This document shows positions 20,120 through 31,164 of a DNA stretch of 64,000 bases, piece by piece. Position 1 is the stretch's first letter. The number at the start of each line of letters is the position of its first letter. Position numbers and translations under genes: made by a program. Below the pieces are notes generated by a model. That model did no database searches. It saw only the letters and a list, made by a program, of their open reading frames with translations, and was not told the DNA's origin. Source of the DNA: an uncultured Candidatus Rokubacteria bacterium (GTDB lineage Bacteria > Methylomirabilota > Methylomirabilia > Rokubacteriales > DASRDR01); assembly GCA_963708025.1 (NCBI GenBank), contig CAVPSB010000015.1, forward strand, positions 256,001-320,000, written 5' to 3'.

Positions 20120-21685
20120 ATGACATACCGCGACACGCTTCGCGCCCTGCTCGCGCTTCTCGCCGTCGTCGCCCTGCTGGCGGCGGCGCCATTCGCCGCC
20201 GAGGCCCAGAAGAAGGGGGGGACGATCCGGGTCGGCAACCTCGGCGAGCCGCCCACGCTCGACGCCCACTGGACCACGGCCAGCATCACCGAGACCCTGA
20301 CCAACCACATCTACGAGGGGCTCTACACGCTGGACGACGACAACAAGCCCATGCCCATGCTCGCCGAGAGCATGCCGGCGGTCTCCCGGGACGGCCTGAC
20401 CTACACGATCAAGCTCCGGCAGGGGATCAAGTTCCACAACGGCAAGGAGATGACCAGCGAGGACGTGGTCGCCTCCCTCAAGCGCTGGAGCCAGCAGTCG
20501 ATCTACGGCAAGGACCTCTTCGCCTACGTGACCGACCTCCGGGCGGCCGACAAGTACACGGTCGAGCTGAAGCTGAAGGAGAAGGTCGCGATCGTGGTCA
20601 TCAACCTGGCGGTGTCCAACAACTTCGCGGCCATCTACCCGAAGGAGATCGCCGAGAAGTTCAAGCCCCAGGACAAGGTCACCGAGTACGTCGGCACCGG
20701 CCCCTTCAAGCTCGTCGAGTGGAAGCCGGACCGCTACATCCGGATGGTGCGCTTCGACGACTACAAGCCGCGGAGCGAGAAGCCGAGCGGCTACGGCGGC
20801 GCCAAGATCGCCTATGCGGACCAGATCGACTGGATCCCGGTGCCGGACGTGGCCACCCGGGTGGCCCAGATGGAGACCGGGGAGCTGGAGTTCGCCGACG
20901 ACCTGAACGCCGACGCCTACGACCGGCTCCAGAAGAGCGAGCGGGCCCGGCCGGTCATCTCCAAGATGTACTACTGGCTGGTCGCCGTCCTGAACAAGAA
21001 GGAAGGGCTGATGACCAACCAGAAGCTCCGCCAGGCCTGGCAGGCGGCGCTCGACATCGAGCCGATCATGAAGACGGTGGCCGGCGGCCGGGCCGAGTTC
21101 TACCGGATGGACTACAACCTGATCCACCGGGAGCTGGCCGCCTGGCACGTCACCATGTCGGGGCTGCCCTTCAACGAGCACAGCAAGGAGAAGACCAAGA
21201 AGCTCCTGCAGGAGGCCGGCTACAAGGGCGAGCCGATCCGCTTCATGACGACCCAGGAGTACAAGTGGATGTACGACTTCGCCCTGGTGTCGAAGCAGCA
21301 GCTGGAGGACGCCGGCTTCACGATCGACCTCCAGGTGGTGGACTGGGCGACCCTGGTGAAGCGCCGCAACAACCCCAAGGAGTACGACGCCTTCACCACC
21401 GGCATCGGGCCCCAGTACGATCCCACCAATTCCAACGTGCTCTCCTGCAGCTGGCCGGGCTGGACCTGCGACGAGGAGATCCAGCGGATCAAGACCGAGA
21501 TGATCCGCGAGACCGACCAGAAGAAGCGCTTCGCCCTGTGGGAGCAGATGCACAAGGTCTTCTACGAGAAGGTGCCGGTCATCCGCTACGGCGACCTGTT
21601 CGGCCTCCGGGCCGCCTCCAAGCGGCTCAAGGGCTTCAACGAGAAGACCGAGCGGATCCGCTTCTACAACGTGTCCCTCGAGTGA
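20120..21685 (+). CDS. Family-5 substrate-binding protein 5
   Basis: Intact ORF; preceded by a putative internal promoter at 19987-20016. Confidence 0.92.
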   Translation: MTYRDTLRALLALLAVVALLAAAPFAAEAQKKGGTIRVGNLGEPPTLDAHWTTASITETLTNHIYEGLYTLDDDNKPMPMLAESMPAVSRDGLTYTIKLRQGIKFHNGKEMTSEDVVASLKRWSQQSIYGKDLFAYVTDLRAADKYTVELKLKEKVAIVVINLAVSNNFAAIYPKEIAEKFKPQDKVTEYVGTGPFKLVEWKPDRYIRMVRFDDYKPRSEKPSGYGGAKIAYADQIDWIPVPDVATRVAQMETGELEFADDLNADAYDRLQKSERARPVISKMYYWLVAVLNKKEGLMTNQKLRQAWQAALDIEPIMKTVAGGRAEFYRMDYNLIHRELAAWHVTMSGLPFNEHSKEKTKKLLQEAGYKGEPIRFMTTQEYKWMYDFALVSKQQLEDAGFTIDLQVVDWATLVKRRNNPKEYDAFTTGIGPQYDPTNSNVLSCSWPGWTCDEEIQRIKTEMIRETDQKKRFALWEQMHKVFYEKVPVIRYGDLFGLRAASKRLKGFNEKTERIRFYNVSLE

Positions 21686-21747
21686 TCCCGGACTGACGCC
21701 GAGCCACGACGGGGCCGCCCCAGCCGGGGCGGCCCCCGTTCCTCGCC

Positions 21748-22693
21748 GTGACGACGTATCTGATCCGTCGCCTGGTGGCGCTGATCCCCGTGATGGCGGT
21801 GGTCGTCACCATCGTCTTCTTCATCATCCACCTGATCCCGGGGGACCCGGTGAGCGTCATGCTGGGACCGGACGCCACCACCTCGCAGATCGACGAGACC
21901 CGGAAGGCGATGGGGCTGGACCGGCCGCTCCACGAGCAGCTCCTGCTCTTCTACACCCGCATCCTGAAGGGCGACCTCGGGCGCTCGTACTTCCTGGACC
22001 GGCCGGTCACCACCGCGCTGTGGGAGCGGGCCGAGCCGACCATCGTGCTGACGCTGACCTCGCTGTTCGTGGCGGTGGTCATCGGGGTGCCGTCCGGCAT
22101 CGTCGCCGCCGCCTACCCCGGCTCGGCCTGGGACCGCATCGCTCATGATGGGGGCGCTCCTCGGCGTCTGCATCCCGGGGTTCTGGCTGAGCCTCAACTT
22201 CATCTACCTGTTCGCCGTCCGGCTCGGCTGGCTGCCGGCCGCCGGCTACGCCTCGCTCTTCGACGACCCGTGGGCGGCGCTGCGCTACATGGTCATGCCG
22301 GCCGTCTCGCTGGGCTTCAGCCAGTCGGCGCTGATCGCGCGCATCAGCCGGTCGTGCATGCTCGAGGTCCTGCAGCAGGACTACGTCCGGACCGCCCGGG
22401 CCAAGGGGCTGTCCCAGGGGGTGGTGGTCTACGTCCACGCGTTCCGGAACGCCCTGGTCCCCGTGGTGGCGGTCATCGGCATCACGCTGGCCATCCTGAT
22501 CGGCGGCGCGGTGGTGGTGGAGATCGTCTTCAACATCCCGGGGCTGGGGCGGCTCATCATCTCGGCCATCCTCCGCCGCGACTACCCGGTCGTGCAGGGG
22601 GTGGTGCTGGTGACGGCGGCGGCGTACGTGCTGATCAACCTGGCCGTCGACATGGTCTATGCGTTCATCGACCCCCGGATTCGTTACGACTGA
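21748..22693 (+). CDS. ABC permease, DppB-like (frameshift near 22140)
   Basis: YLIRRL, PGDP, GDLGRS, DYVRTARAKG, RDYPVVQG, IDPRI. Confidence 0.88.
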
Positions 22694-22698
22694 GCGCC

Positions 22699-23604
22699 AT
22701 GGCTGAGGCCACGATCGAGAAGATCGCCACCGAGCCGCGGGCGTCCCAGGTCCCGGCGGCGGCCGCCGTCCGGATCACGTGGTACCGCCGGCTCCTCCGG
22801 AACCGGAACGTGCTGGTGGGCGCGTCGTTCTTCCTGCTGCTGCTGCTGGCGGCGGTGTTCGCCGGACTCCTCTCGACGCACGTCCCGACGCGCCTGTTCC
22901 CGGCCAACCGGCTCAAGCCTCCCAGCGCCCAGAACTACCTCGGCACCGACGAGTTCGGCCGCGACATCTACAGCCTGATCCTCCACGGCGCCCGGACCTC
23001 GCTGCGGATCGGCGGCCTGACGATGGTGTTCACCACCCTCGGCGGCATCGTCATCGGGCTGGTGGCCGGGTACTACCGCCGGCTCGACCTCCTGATCATG
23101 CGGGTCATGGACGGCCTGATGGCGTTCCCCGGGATCCTGCTGGCCATCGCCCTCATGGCGGCCCGGGGGCCCGGCGAGTGGAACGTCATCTTCGCCCTGT
23201 CGGTCGTCTACATGCCGCGGACGGCGATCCTGATCCGCAGCACCGTGCTCTCGATCCGGGAGCTGGACTACGTGCAGGCCGCGCGGGCGCTGGGCCGGCG
23301 CGACCTGGCGGTCGCCTTCCGCCACATCCTGCCGAACTGCGTGGGGCCGATCCTGGTCCAGGGGACCTTCATCTTCGCCTACGCGGTGCTGGCCGAGGCG
23401 ATCCTGGGCTTCCTGGGCGTCGGTGTCCCGCCCTACATCCCCTCCTGGGGCAACGTGATCGCGAGCGGGAAGAACGTGATCCGCGAGGCGTTCTGGGTCA
23501 GCCTGTTCCCGGGGATGGCCCTCACCCTGGCCGGCCTGAGCCTCAACCTGCTCGGCGACGGCCTGCGCGACACCCTCGACCCCCGGCTCCGCGTTCAGGG
23601 CTAA
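22699..23604 (+). CDS. ABC permease, DppC-like
   Basis: LGTDEFGRD, YVQAARALG, LGDGLRDTLDPR. Confidence 0.92.
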   Translation: MAEATIEKIATEPRASQVPAAAAVRITWYRRLLRNRNVLVGASFFLLLLLAAVFAGLLSTHVPTRLFPANRLKPPSAQNYLGTDEFGRDIYSLILHGARTSLRIGGLTMVFTTLGGIVIGLVAGYYRRLDLLIMRVMDGLMAFPGILLAIALMAARGPGEWNVIFALSVVYMPRTAILIRSTVLSIRELDYVQAARALGRRDLAVAFRHILPNCVGPILVQGTFIFAYAVLAEAILGFLGVGVPPYIPSWGNVIASGKNVIREAFWVSLFPGMALTLAGLSLNLLGDGLRDTLDPRLRVQG

Positions 23605-23620
23605 AAGGAGACACACCGCG

Positions 23621-24385
23621 ATGAAGCTCTTCGATCTCACCGGACGGGTGGCCGTCGTCACCGGCGGCAACGGCGGTATCGGCCTCGGCATGGCCCGCGG
23701 CCTCGCCCAGGCGGGCGCGACGGTGGTGCTGGCGGCCCGCAACGCCGGCAAGAGCACCGAGGCGGTGAAGGAGCTGGAGGCCCTGGGCGCGAAGGCGGCC
23801 ATGGTCGTGGTCGACGTCACTCGCGAGGCCTCGTGCCGGGAGATGGTGCAGAAGACGGTGGACCGGTTCGGGCGGCTCGACATCCTGGTCAACAACGCCG
23901 GCACCAACATCCGGAAGCAGCCGCAGGAGTACTCGATGGAGGAGTACCACACCGTCCTGAACACGAACCTGACCAGCGCCTTCATGTGCTGCCAGGCCGC
24001 CTACCCGGCGATGGTGCGGGCCGGGGGCGGCAAGATCGTCAACATCGGCTCGATGATGTCGATCTTCGGGGCCTCGTTCGCCGGCCCCTACGCGGCCAGC
24101 AAGGGCGGCATGGTCCAGCTCACCAAGGCCCTGGCCTCGGCGTGGGCCAAGGACAACATCCAGGTCAACGCGGTCCTCCCCGGCTGGATCGACACCGACC
24201 TCACCCGGAAGGCGCGCGAGCAGGTGGCCGGGCTCCACGAGCGGGTCCTCGCCCGCACCCCCGCCGGCCGCTGGGGGACACCGGACGACCACGCGGGGAT
24301 CGCCGTCTTCCTGGGCAGCCCTGCCTCGGACTTCGTGACCGGAACGGCGATCGCGGTGGACGGAGGCTATTCCGTCCAGGGCTAG
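23621..24385 (+). CDS. Short-chain dehydrogenase/reductase (KduD/gluconate 5-dehydrogenase-like)
   Basis: TGGNGGIG, NNAG, YAASK, VDGG. Confidence 0.92.
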   Translation: MKLFDLTGRVAVVTGGNGGIGLGMARGLAQAGATVVLAARNAGKSTEAVKELEALGAKAAMVVVDVTREASCREMVQKTVDRFGRLDILVNNAGTNIRKQPQEYSMEEYHTVLNTNLTSAFMCCQAAYPAMVRAGGGKIVNIGSMMSIFGASFAGPYAASKGGMVQLTKALASAWAKDNIQVNAVLPGWIDTDLTRKAREQVAGLHERVLARTPAGRWGTPDDHAGIAVFLGSPASDFVTGTAIAVDGGYSVQG

Positions 24386-24504
24386 GATCTTCGGGGAGGC
24401 TCGGCCCCCCCGAGGCCCCCACTCGGAGGGGCACCTGTGCCAGCCAGGGCCACCGCCCGGCCGCCGGGTGATCGCCAGCGCCTGGCGATCGAGCCTCAGG
24501 GGGC

Positions 24505-24572
24505 CCTCCGGCTCCCCCTCCCCCCAGTGGGTGGGGGAGGGGGCTGGGGGGTGGAGGGAGTCCCGACAAATC
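24505..24572. repeat. C-run/G-run palindromic intergenic repeat; related copies at ~33613-33684 and ~62497-62622
   Basis: ctccggctccccctccccc...gggggagggggctgggggg...ggag(g)tcccga is shared by the three sites; two of them lie between convergent genes. Confidence 0.7.
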
Positions 24573-26873
24573 TCAGCCGCGGAGGGCCCGCCAGACCTTC
24601 TCGGGCGTGAGCGGCATGTCGAGGTGGCGCACGCCGAAGGGGGCCAGCGCGTCCACGACGGCGTTGACGATCGCGGGCGGCATCCCGATGCAGCCGGCCT
24701 CGCCGATCCCCTTCGCCCCCAGCGGATTCCGGGGTGACAGCGTGACCGTCTTGCCGAGCACCGGGACGGGGAGGTCGTCGGCCCGGGGCACCGCGTAGTC
24801 CATCAGCGATCCCGTCAGGAGCTGGCCGGCCTCGTCGTAGACCAGCGCCTCGAGGAGGGCCTGGCCGTATCCCTGGGCGAATCCCCCGAGGAGCTGGCCC
24901 TCGGCCAGGAGCGGGTTGACGATGGTGCCGGCGTCGTCCACCCACGCGAGGCACGGGAGCGTGATCCGCCCGGTCTCGCGCTCGACCCGGGCCACCGCCA
25001 CGACGGTCCCGAAGCTCCACACCTCGCCGTCCGCCTGCTGGAAGAAGCACGTCGCCTCGAGGGCCGGCACCTCGCCCGGCGGCAGCGGGTGCCCCAGGTA
25101 AGCCGTCGCCGCCACCTGCTTCCAGCTCACGCGGCGCCCCGGCACCCCGACGACCTCGAAGCCGTCGGCCGCGGGCACGACGTCGGCCGGCGCCGCCTCG
25201 AGGAGCAGCGCGGCGATCCGCCGCCCCTTCTCGCGCACCTCGCCGGCCGCGCGCGCCAGGGCGCTGCCCCCGAGGGCGACGCTGCGGCTGCCGAACGTCC
25301 CGACGCCGGGGGGGCCGGTGCGCGTGTCGCCGTGGAGCACCGCGATCTCCTCGAAGCGGACACCCAGGAAGTCCGCCACGATCTGGGCGAAGGTCGTCTC
25401 GTGGCCCTGGCCGTGCGGGCTGGAGCCGGTCACCACGGTCACCGCGCCGGTGCGCTCGACGCGCACGAGCCCGCTCTCCCAGCCGAGCGCGGCCGGCTCC
25501 ACGTAGCTCGCGAGCCCCACGCCGACGATCTCGCCGCGGGCCCGGGCCTCGGCCTGCCGCCGGCGCCACTCGCGGTACCCGGCGAGATCCAGGGCACGGT
25601 CCATCGCCCGCGCGTACTCGCCCGAGTCGTAGACCTGACCGGTCGCTGTCCGGAAGGGGAAGGCCTCGGGGGGGACGAAGTTCCGCCGCCGCAGCTCGGC
25701 CGGGTCCAGCCCGACCGCGCGCGCCGCCTCGTCCACCAGCCGCTCGATCAGGAACGCCGCCTCGGGGCGACCGGCGCCGCGGTAGGCCCCGGTGGGCGGC
25801 GTCGTGGTCACGACCCCCGTCGTCTCGATGTGGCAGGCCGGGACCGCGTAGGCCCCGGGGAGACAGCGCGCGTGATTCAGCGGCGGGATGGGCGCGCTGG
25901 AGACCAGCGAGCTGCCCAGCGGGTAGATGATCCGCGCGCGCAGCCCGGTGATCCGGCCGTCGCGGCCGAGGGCCAGCTCCCCGTCGGCGATGCCGCCGCG
26001 ACCCTGCTGGGTGGTGAGGAGATCCTCGCTCCGGGTGGCGATCCACTTGACCGGGCGGCGGAGGGTGAGGGCCAGGTGGGCGGCCACGACGTCTTCGCGG
26101 TACGGGGCCGTCTTGAGCCCGAAGCCGCCGCCCACGTCCGGCGCGATCACGCGGATCCGGGACTCCGAGAGCCCGAGCGCCGTCGCGAGGCCGGCCCGCA
26201 CGGCGAACGGGGCCTGGGTCGAGGTCCAGACGGTCAGCTCCTCCGTGAGCGGATCGATGGTCGCCAGGGTGCCCCGCGGCTCCAGCGCGAAGCCGGCCAG
26301 CCGGGCCTGGCCGACCCGCAGCCGCACCGTGTGCTCGGCCCGGGCGAAGGCCTCGTCCGGCTCGCCGTGACGCCAGACCTGGCCGCACACCCGGTTCGTG
26401 CCCAGCTCCGGGAACAGGAGATCGGCGTCCGCCGCCAGGGCGGCCTCGGCATCGACCAGGGGCGGGAGGGGCGCGTACTCGACCTCGATCAGCCCGAGTG
26501 CGTCGTCGGCCTGGTACCGGCTCGCCGCGGCGACGGCGGCCACCGGGACCCCGGCGGCCCGCACCACGCCGTCGGCCAGGATCGGATGCGGCGGCACCTT
26601 CATCTCGGCGAACGGGCGGAGGACCGGCATCGGACCGAGGTGCCGCACGTCGGTGCCGGTCAGCACGGCTACGACGCCCGGCGCCGACAGCGCGGAGCTC
26701 ACGTCGAGACGCTCGATCCGGGCGTGAGCGTGGGGCGAGCGCAGGAAGGCGAGGTGCGCGAGCCCCGGGACCTGGAGGTCGTCGACGAAGCGGGCGACGC
26801 CGGTCAGGAGCCGTCGGTCCTCGACACGCGTGCGCGCGCGCCCGATGTCGTGGTTGCCGGCGGGTTCACCCAC
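24573..26873 (-). CDS. Xanthine oxidase-family molybdopterin large subunit (form II CoxL/CutL-like)
   Basis: [41 protein letters not shown]. Confidence 0.9.
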   Translation of the reverse strand: MGEPAGNHDIGRARTRVEDRRLLTGVARFVDDLQVPGLAHLAFLRSPHAHARIERLDVSSALSAPGVVAVLTGTDVRHLGPMPVLRPFAEMKVPPHPILADGVVRAAGVPVAAVAAASRYQADDALGLIEVEYAPLPPLVDAEAALAADADLLFPELGTNRVCGQVWRHGEPDEAFARAEHTVRLRVGQARLAGFALEPRGTLATIDPLTEELTVWTSTQAPFAVRAGLATALGLSESRIRVIAPDVGGGFGLKTAPYREDVVAAHLALTLRRPVKWIATRSEDLLTTQQGRGGIADGELALGRDGRITGLRARIIYPLGSSLVSSAPIPPLNHARCLPGAYAVPACHIETTGVVTTTPPTGAYRGAGRPEAAFLIERLVDEAARAVGLDPAELRRRNFVPPEAFPFRTATGQVYDSGEYARAMDRALDLAGYREWRRRQAEARARGEIVGVGLASYVEPAALGWESGLVRVERTGAVTVVTGSSPHGQGHETTFAQIVADFLGVRFEEIAVLHGDTRTGPPGVGTFGSRSVALGGSALARAAGEVREKGRRIAALLLEAAPADVVPAADGFEVVGVPGRRVSWKQVAATAYLGHPLPPGEVPALEATCFFQQADGEVWSFGTVVAVARVERETGRITLPCLAWVDDAGTIVNPLLAEGQLLGGFAQGYGQALLEALVYDEAGQLLTGSLMDYAVPRADDLPVPVLGKTVTLSPRNPLGAKGIGEAGCIGMPPAIVNAVVDALAPFGVRHLDMPLTPEKVWRALRG

Positions 26874-26959
26874 GGCTGCCTATCCTACCATCAGCGGGTT
26901 GGCGGCCGATCGGGCCGGAGCATCTGGCCGGTCGGTGGGGACGCTGCTATCATGCCGCC

Positions 26960-27442
26960 ATGACTCCGGCCGCCCGAAGCCGAGGCCGACTCGCCACGCC
27001 ATGCCTGCTCCTGCTGCTGGTGGCCGTCCCGGCGGCGGCCCAGACCGCGGACGTGGAGCGGCGGGAGGCGGCGATGCAGCAGGTCGTGCTGGATCAGCTC
27101 GCCGCGTTCCGGCGGGGCGACTGGACCACCGCCTACAGCTACGCCTCCCAGACGATCCAGGCGCAGTTCTCGCCGGAGGCCTTCCGCGAGATGGTGACCC
27201 GCGGCTACGCGCCGATCGCCCACTCGCTCGGCGCCACCGTGCTGCGCACGGTCGCCGACGATCCCCAGCACGGCTACGTTCAGGTCCGGGTCCACGGCCG
27301 GGACGGGGAGACCATCGAGGCCCTTTACGAGCTGGTTGACGAGCAGGGGGCCTGGAAGATCAACGGGGTGGTCACAAAGCCCGCCGAGAAGGGCGAGTTG
27401 ACATTCCGGCCCCACCTCTCTTCTCCGGGCTTCCCGGGCTGA
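26960..27442 (+). CDS. Secreted DUF4864-like protein
   Basis: QLAAFRRGDWTTAYSYAS...FREMVTRGYAPI...WKINGV. Confidence 0.7.
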   Translation: MTPAARSRGRLATPCLLLLLVAVPAAAQTADVERREAAMQQVVLDQLAAFRRGDWTTAYSYASQTIQAQFSPEAFREMVTRGYAPIAHSLGATVLRTVADDPQHGYVQVRVHGRDGETIEALYELVDEQGAWKINGVVTKPAEKGELTFRPHLSSPGFPG

Positions 27443-27443
27443 C

Positions 27444-27758
27444 TCACTCGGTTCCGATGAGGAACCGGTATCGCCGGGCACCGTGGATTACCCGGCGGAT
27501 CTCAACGGTCCGGCCTATCACGACGTAGAAGACCAGGTAATCACCAACAACAAGCAGCCGATACCCTCCACGCCGAAGCCGTGGATCGTCGGGTGTCCGA
27601 CCCGATTTCGGAAAGTGGGCTAGCCGCCCGATCGTCCGCTCGACGCGGGCCACGAGCGCCCGGGCCGCGCGAGGGTTGTCCCGCGCGATGTAGTCGAGGA
27701 TGTCGAGGAGATCCTGCTCGGCGGCGGGAAGATACCGGACGCGATGCGGCCGGCTCAC
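27444..27758 (-). CDS. RelE/ParE family toxin
   Basis: AEQDLLDILDYIARDNPRAA...YLVFY...IRRVIHGAR. Confidence 0.9.
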   Translation of the reverse strand: MSRPHRVRYLPAAEQDLLDILDYIARDNPRAARALVARVERTIGRLAHFPKSGRTPDDPRLRRGGYRLLVVGDYLVFYVVIGRTVEIRRVIHGARRYRFLIGTE

Positions 27759-28018
27759 GCGAGGCGGGCCCGAAGCCTCCGCACCATTTCGCGGTGCCCG
27801 ATAGTCCTAGCGCCCTTCGCGGCCTGGGCTTCCGCCTCTTCGAGCTTCCTGTACAGCTCGAGCTGCGCCTGCAAGCGATCGTAGTGGGCCTGACTCATCA
27901 CCACGAGGTCGCTCTGGCCGTTCCGGGTGATGAACACGGGCCGGTCCTCCTGGTGGCACAACCGGGAAATCTCGTTGGCCCGATTCCTGAGATCCGAGAT
28001 CGCCTTGATCACTGGCAT
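27755..28018 (-). CDS. Phd/YefM family antitoxin
   Basis: MPVIKAISDLRN...PVFITRNG..DLVVMS. Confidence 0.9.
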   Translation of the reverse strand: MPVIKAISDLRNRANEISRLCHQEDRPVFITRNGQSDLVVMSQAHYDRLQAQLELYRKLEEAEAQAAKGARTIGHREMVRRLRARLA

Positions 28019-28047
28019 GGGTCCTCCTGATCGGTTGCCATCAGTAT

Positions 28048-28063
28048 TATCAGAATTCTGATA
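28048..28063. promoter_or_regulatory. Perfect 16-bp palindrome TATCAGAATTCTGATA, likely the TA autoregulatory operator
   Basis: AT-rich palindrome ~30 bp upstream of the antitoxin start, next to TTGCCT on the minus strand. Confidence 0.65.
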
Positions 28064-28251
28064 TCCAGGCAAGCTCCGTGCCCCGCCATTCGGCGTCCGA
28101 TGCTAGCGGGACCGCGCCCCGACTCGAAGCTCGTCGGGGTACGTCGTGTCAGGTGGAGTGCGGCGTGAGCCACGAAGAACGTCCCAGCAGCGGTTTCGCC
28201 GCCGCCACGACGTGGGGGCGATCGGGGGGGTCTTCCAAGACCCCCGAAGAC

Positions 28252-28761
28252 CTAGAACAGGCAGACGATGCCGTCCAGCTCGGCCTCCGAGTTGACCAGA
28301 TCGACGCGCTTGGCGGCGATCCGGAGCCCGTCCGCCGTGCGGCGGAGGCGATGCTCCACGAGCGCGCCCCAGACGCGCTGGCGCTCCTTGCGGTACTCGA
28401 CCAGGACCAGCGTGGAGGCGACGCGCGCCTCCCGGCCGTCGTCGGCGAGGACCTGCACGTTGCCGACCTGGTGGACGGTGCGGGGAGCCGGGACGCGCGC
28501 GTGGGCCCGCGGATGCGCGAACTGGCGGACGCGGACCTCGAGCAGCCGGCGGTCGTCGTAGACGATCGAGGAGGTCTCGAGCGGATCCTGCTGGTTCGCC
28601 TCCAGGGGCACCCAGTAGGTCGCGTCGTCGGTGAAGAGGGCGAGCCACTCCGCGAGCCGGCCGTGGTCGAGGAGCCAGGCCTCGTGGTAGAGGAAGCGCT
28701 CGATCTCGGGGGCGGCGGTCGCGCGGGACGGCGCCGGGCGCTTCGGCCTGGTGGCGGGCAT
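28252..28761 (-). CDS. Aromatic ring-hydroxylating dioxygenase beta subunit
   Basis: FLYHEAWLLD...W..LF..DA.YWVP...KRVDLVN. Confidence 0.9.
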   Translation of the reverse strand: MPATRPKRPAPSRATAAPEIERFLYHEAWLLDHGRLAEWLALFTDDATYWVPLEANQQDPLETSSIVYDDRRLLEVRVRQFAHPRAHARVPAPRTVHQVGNVQVLADDGREARVASTLVLVEYRKERQRVWGALVEHRLRRTADGLRIAAKRVDLVNSEAELDGIVCLF

Positions 28762-28767
28762 GGCCGG

Positions 28768-30078
28768 CTACGCCGTCATGTACTCGAGCCAGGCGGCGAG
28801 CTGGTTCCGGATGAACACCTCACTGGTCCCCGATCGCCCGCGGAGCGTGCCGTCCCGGTCGGGGAGGTCGGCGCCGGCGCCCCGGCCCAGGAAGACCCAC
28901 TCCGAGCGCTGGGTGGCCAGTCCCCGCTGGGTCCGTTCGTACACCTCCAGGTCGTCGGTCAGGACGGGTGAGGCGGTGCCGTTGACGACGTTGGCGAACG
29001 CCACCGTGTCCCGGAACATCTGCTCGGGGGCGCCCTTCAGCCGGAACGAGTAGGCGTGGACGACCGTCCGGTCCACCGCGACCGGGTGGACGATCCGGAG
29101 CTGGCGGAACTGGCTCATGAAGGAGCAGTTGGGGTAGATGATGCTGTTCCAGCGCAGGTCGCCCAGCACGCGGGCGGCGGCGTCCGCTCCCAGCCGGCGC
29201 TCGAGGGCCACCCGGTAGTCGGCGAACGCCGGGTGGTGGAGCGCCGGCACCAGGCGGCTGTCGTCGTGGTAGTCGCCCATCCACGAGTGACCGTAGCGGG
29301 CGGCCCACAGGCCGGTCTGCTCCCAGACCTCGGGGGGCGCCCCGTTCTGCAGCATCTGCCGGATCGCGATCTCGGCGTAACCCCCGTCGTCCCCGCCCGG
29401 CTGCTGGCGGGCGGCCCAGATCGAGGAGGCGTGGACGGAGGCCGGGTGCACGGCGTCGTTGTGATTTTCCAACACGAGCTTCCAGTTGCCGGCGTAGGCG
29501 TGCTTGAAGACGCCGCCGGCGACCTCGACCTCGCCCGCGGGGGCGCGCTCCACGAAGTCGTCGAGCGAGGCGCGGAGCGGCCCCAGGAACTCGCCGAGCG
29601 GGGGGCCGTCGGTCGCCAGCGACGCGAAGACGAAGCCCCGATAGGTGTCCACCCGGGGGGCCCGGGCCAGGCCGAGCTCGGGCGTCCCGGCCGGCGGGCG
29701 CTCGTAGCCGTCCGCCATCGGCACGCCGAGGAGGCTCCCGTCGGTGTCGTAGGTCCAGCCGTGGTAGGGGCAGACGAGCTGCGGGCTCTGGCCGCGGTCC
29801 GCCTCGCAGACCCGCGCCCCGCGGTGGGCGCAGCGGTTCAGGAGGACGCGGAGGGCGCCGTCGCCGTGGCGGACGACGACGACCGGCTCGCGCGCGAGCC
29901 GGGTGGTGAAGTAGTCGCCCGGGGCGGGGGCCTGGCTCTCGTGGCCGAGGACGAGCCAGGCCCGCCCGAAGAGCCGCTCCAGCTCGAGCTCGAAGAGCGC
30001 GGGGTCGGTGTAGACCGACCGGTGGACACGGTCGGACTGCACCAGGCCCTTGAGGTGCTGGACGTCGAGTGTCGGCAT
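28768..30078 (-). CDS. Rieske aromatic ring-hydroxylating dioxygenase alpha subunit
   Basis: Rieske ligands CAHRG and CPYHGW; mononuclear iron motif [16 protein letters not shown]. Confidence 0.92.
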   Translation of the reverse strand: MPTLDVQHLKGLVQSDRVHRSVYTDPALFELELERLFGRAWLVLGHESQAPAPGDYFTTRLAREPVVVVRHGDGALRVLLNRCAHRGARVCEADRGQSPQLVCPYHGWTYDTDGSLLGVPMADGYERPPAGTPELGLARAPRVDTYRGFVFASLATDGPPLGEFLGPLRASLDDFVERAPAGEVEVAGGVFKHAYAGNWKLVLENHNDAVHPASVHASSIWAARQQPGGDDGGYAEIAIRQMLQNGAPPEVWEQTGLWAARYGHSWMGDYHDDSRLVPALHHPAFADYRVALERRLGADAAARVLGDLRWNSIIYPNCSFMSQFRQLRIVHPVAVDRTVVHAYSFRLKGAPEQMFRDTVAFANVVNGTASPVLTDDLEVYERTQRGLATQRSEWVFLGRGAGADLPDRDGTLRGRSGTSEVFIRNQLAAWLEYMTA

Positions 30079-30404
30079 GCCGTGTCCGGGCCGCCCCGGC
30101 GCCTCCGAGCATAAGATGCCGTCCCGACCAGGCGCAAGCCTGCCGACCCGCCTCTCGACCCGCGAGTGCCGCCCGGACCGGGGGCCCCAGGATCACGGAT
30201 CGAAAGGACCGGAGGTCAGGCGTGCAGGCAAGTGACCGTGACCTTAGCCGGAGGCCGGTCCCGTGAGCGGCCGCGTCGGCGGAGCAGTCAGTCGTCGCCG
30301 TCGTCTTCGTCCCGCAGGACCTCCGGTTCAGCGGCGGCGCGCTGGCGCCGGCTGCTCCAACCGGTTGCTGGGCCGCCTCGAGATAAATGGGTATACTACG
30401 TTCG

Positions 30405-30623
30405 ATGACTCGAGCGCTGGACGCTGCCCTCGCGAAACTTGCGACGCTATCTGCCGACGAGCAGGACCGAATCGCCCAGTGGCTGCTGGACGAGCTTCGC
30501 GACGAGGAGCACTGGACGCGGCAGTTCTCAGCCTCACAGGGGACTCTGAGCAAGCTCGCCGCCGAGGCCCGAGCTGACCGCGCAGCCGGCAGAGCGACGG
30601 AACTCGACCCCGATAAGCTGTGA
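30405..30623 (+). CDS. Antitoxin-like small protein
   Basis: EQDRIAQWLLDELRDEEHW..QF..S; TATACT just upstream suggests a leaderless transcript; overlaps the toxin start. Confidence 0.75.
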   Translation: MTRALDAALAKLATLSADEQDRIAQWLLDELRDEEHWTRQFSASQGTLSKLAAEARADRAAGRATELDPDKL

Positions 30624-30889
30624 AAGCGCGCGCGACGCCGCGTTTCTGGGCGGCGTACCGCGAGCTGCCACCTGAGATCCGAGACGTCGCCCGCAAGGCG
30701 TACGGGCTATTCCGCGAGAATCCGAGGCACCCGAGCCTCCACTTCAAGAAGGTTCACGATCGGGAGCCCATCTACTCAGTCCGCGTGACCCTCGGATATC
30801 GTGCCCTCGGGCTCTTGGAGGATTACGACATCACCTGGTTTTGGATCGGGTCGCACGCTGAATACGATCGCCTTCTTGACAAGCTGTAG
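30620..30889 (+). CDS. RelE/ParE-like toxin
   Basis: FW..YRELP...NPRHPSLHFKKV...YRALG...WFWIGSHAEYDRL. Confidence 0.85.
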   Translation: MKARATPRFWAAYRELPPEIRDVARKAYGLFRENPRHPSLHFKKVHDREPIYSVRVTLGYRALGLLEDYDITWFWIGSHAEYDRLLDKL

Positions 30890-31164
30890 CCCGGTCGTTG
30901 TCGGCAAGCCTCCCTGAGCGCCGTGGTTCGGCTCGCGTGCCGGTCTCCCCAGATGTTCGGCAGCACTCCGGAGGCAGCCAGCGGAGCACGGGCTGCGCAT
31001 CGGGCCGGGCCGTCATGAGCTCGCCCGGGGTGGGAGCCGTGAATTCCCCGCACCGAAGCCACCGAGGGCTCTCCCTCGCGGCAGGGGAGTGAGCTCGGCC
31101 GGCGACCGGCCGGCTCGACAGAAGCTCGGGCGGCGGCTCGATTGTCCGAGCGAAGGGCCTGATC

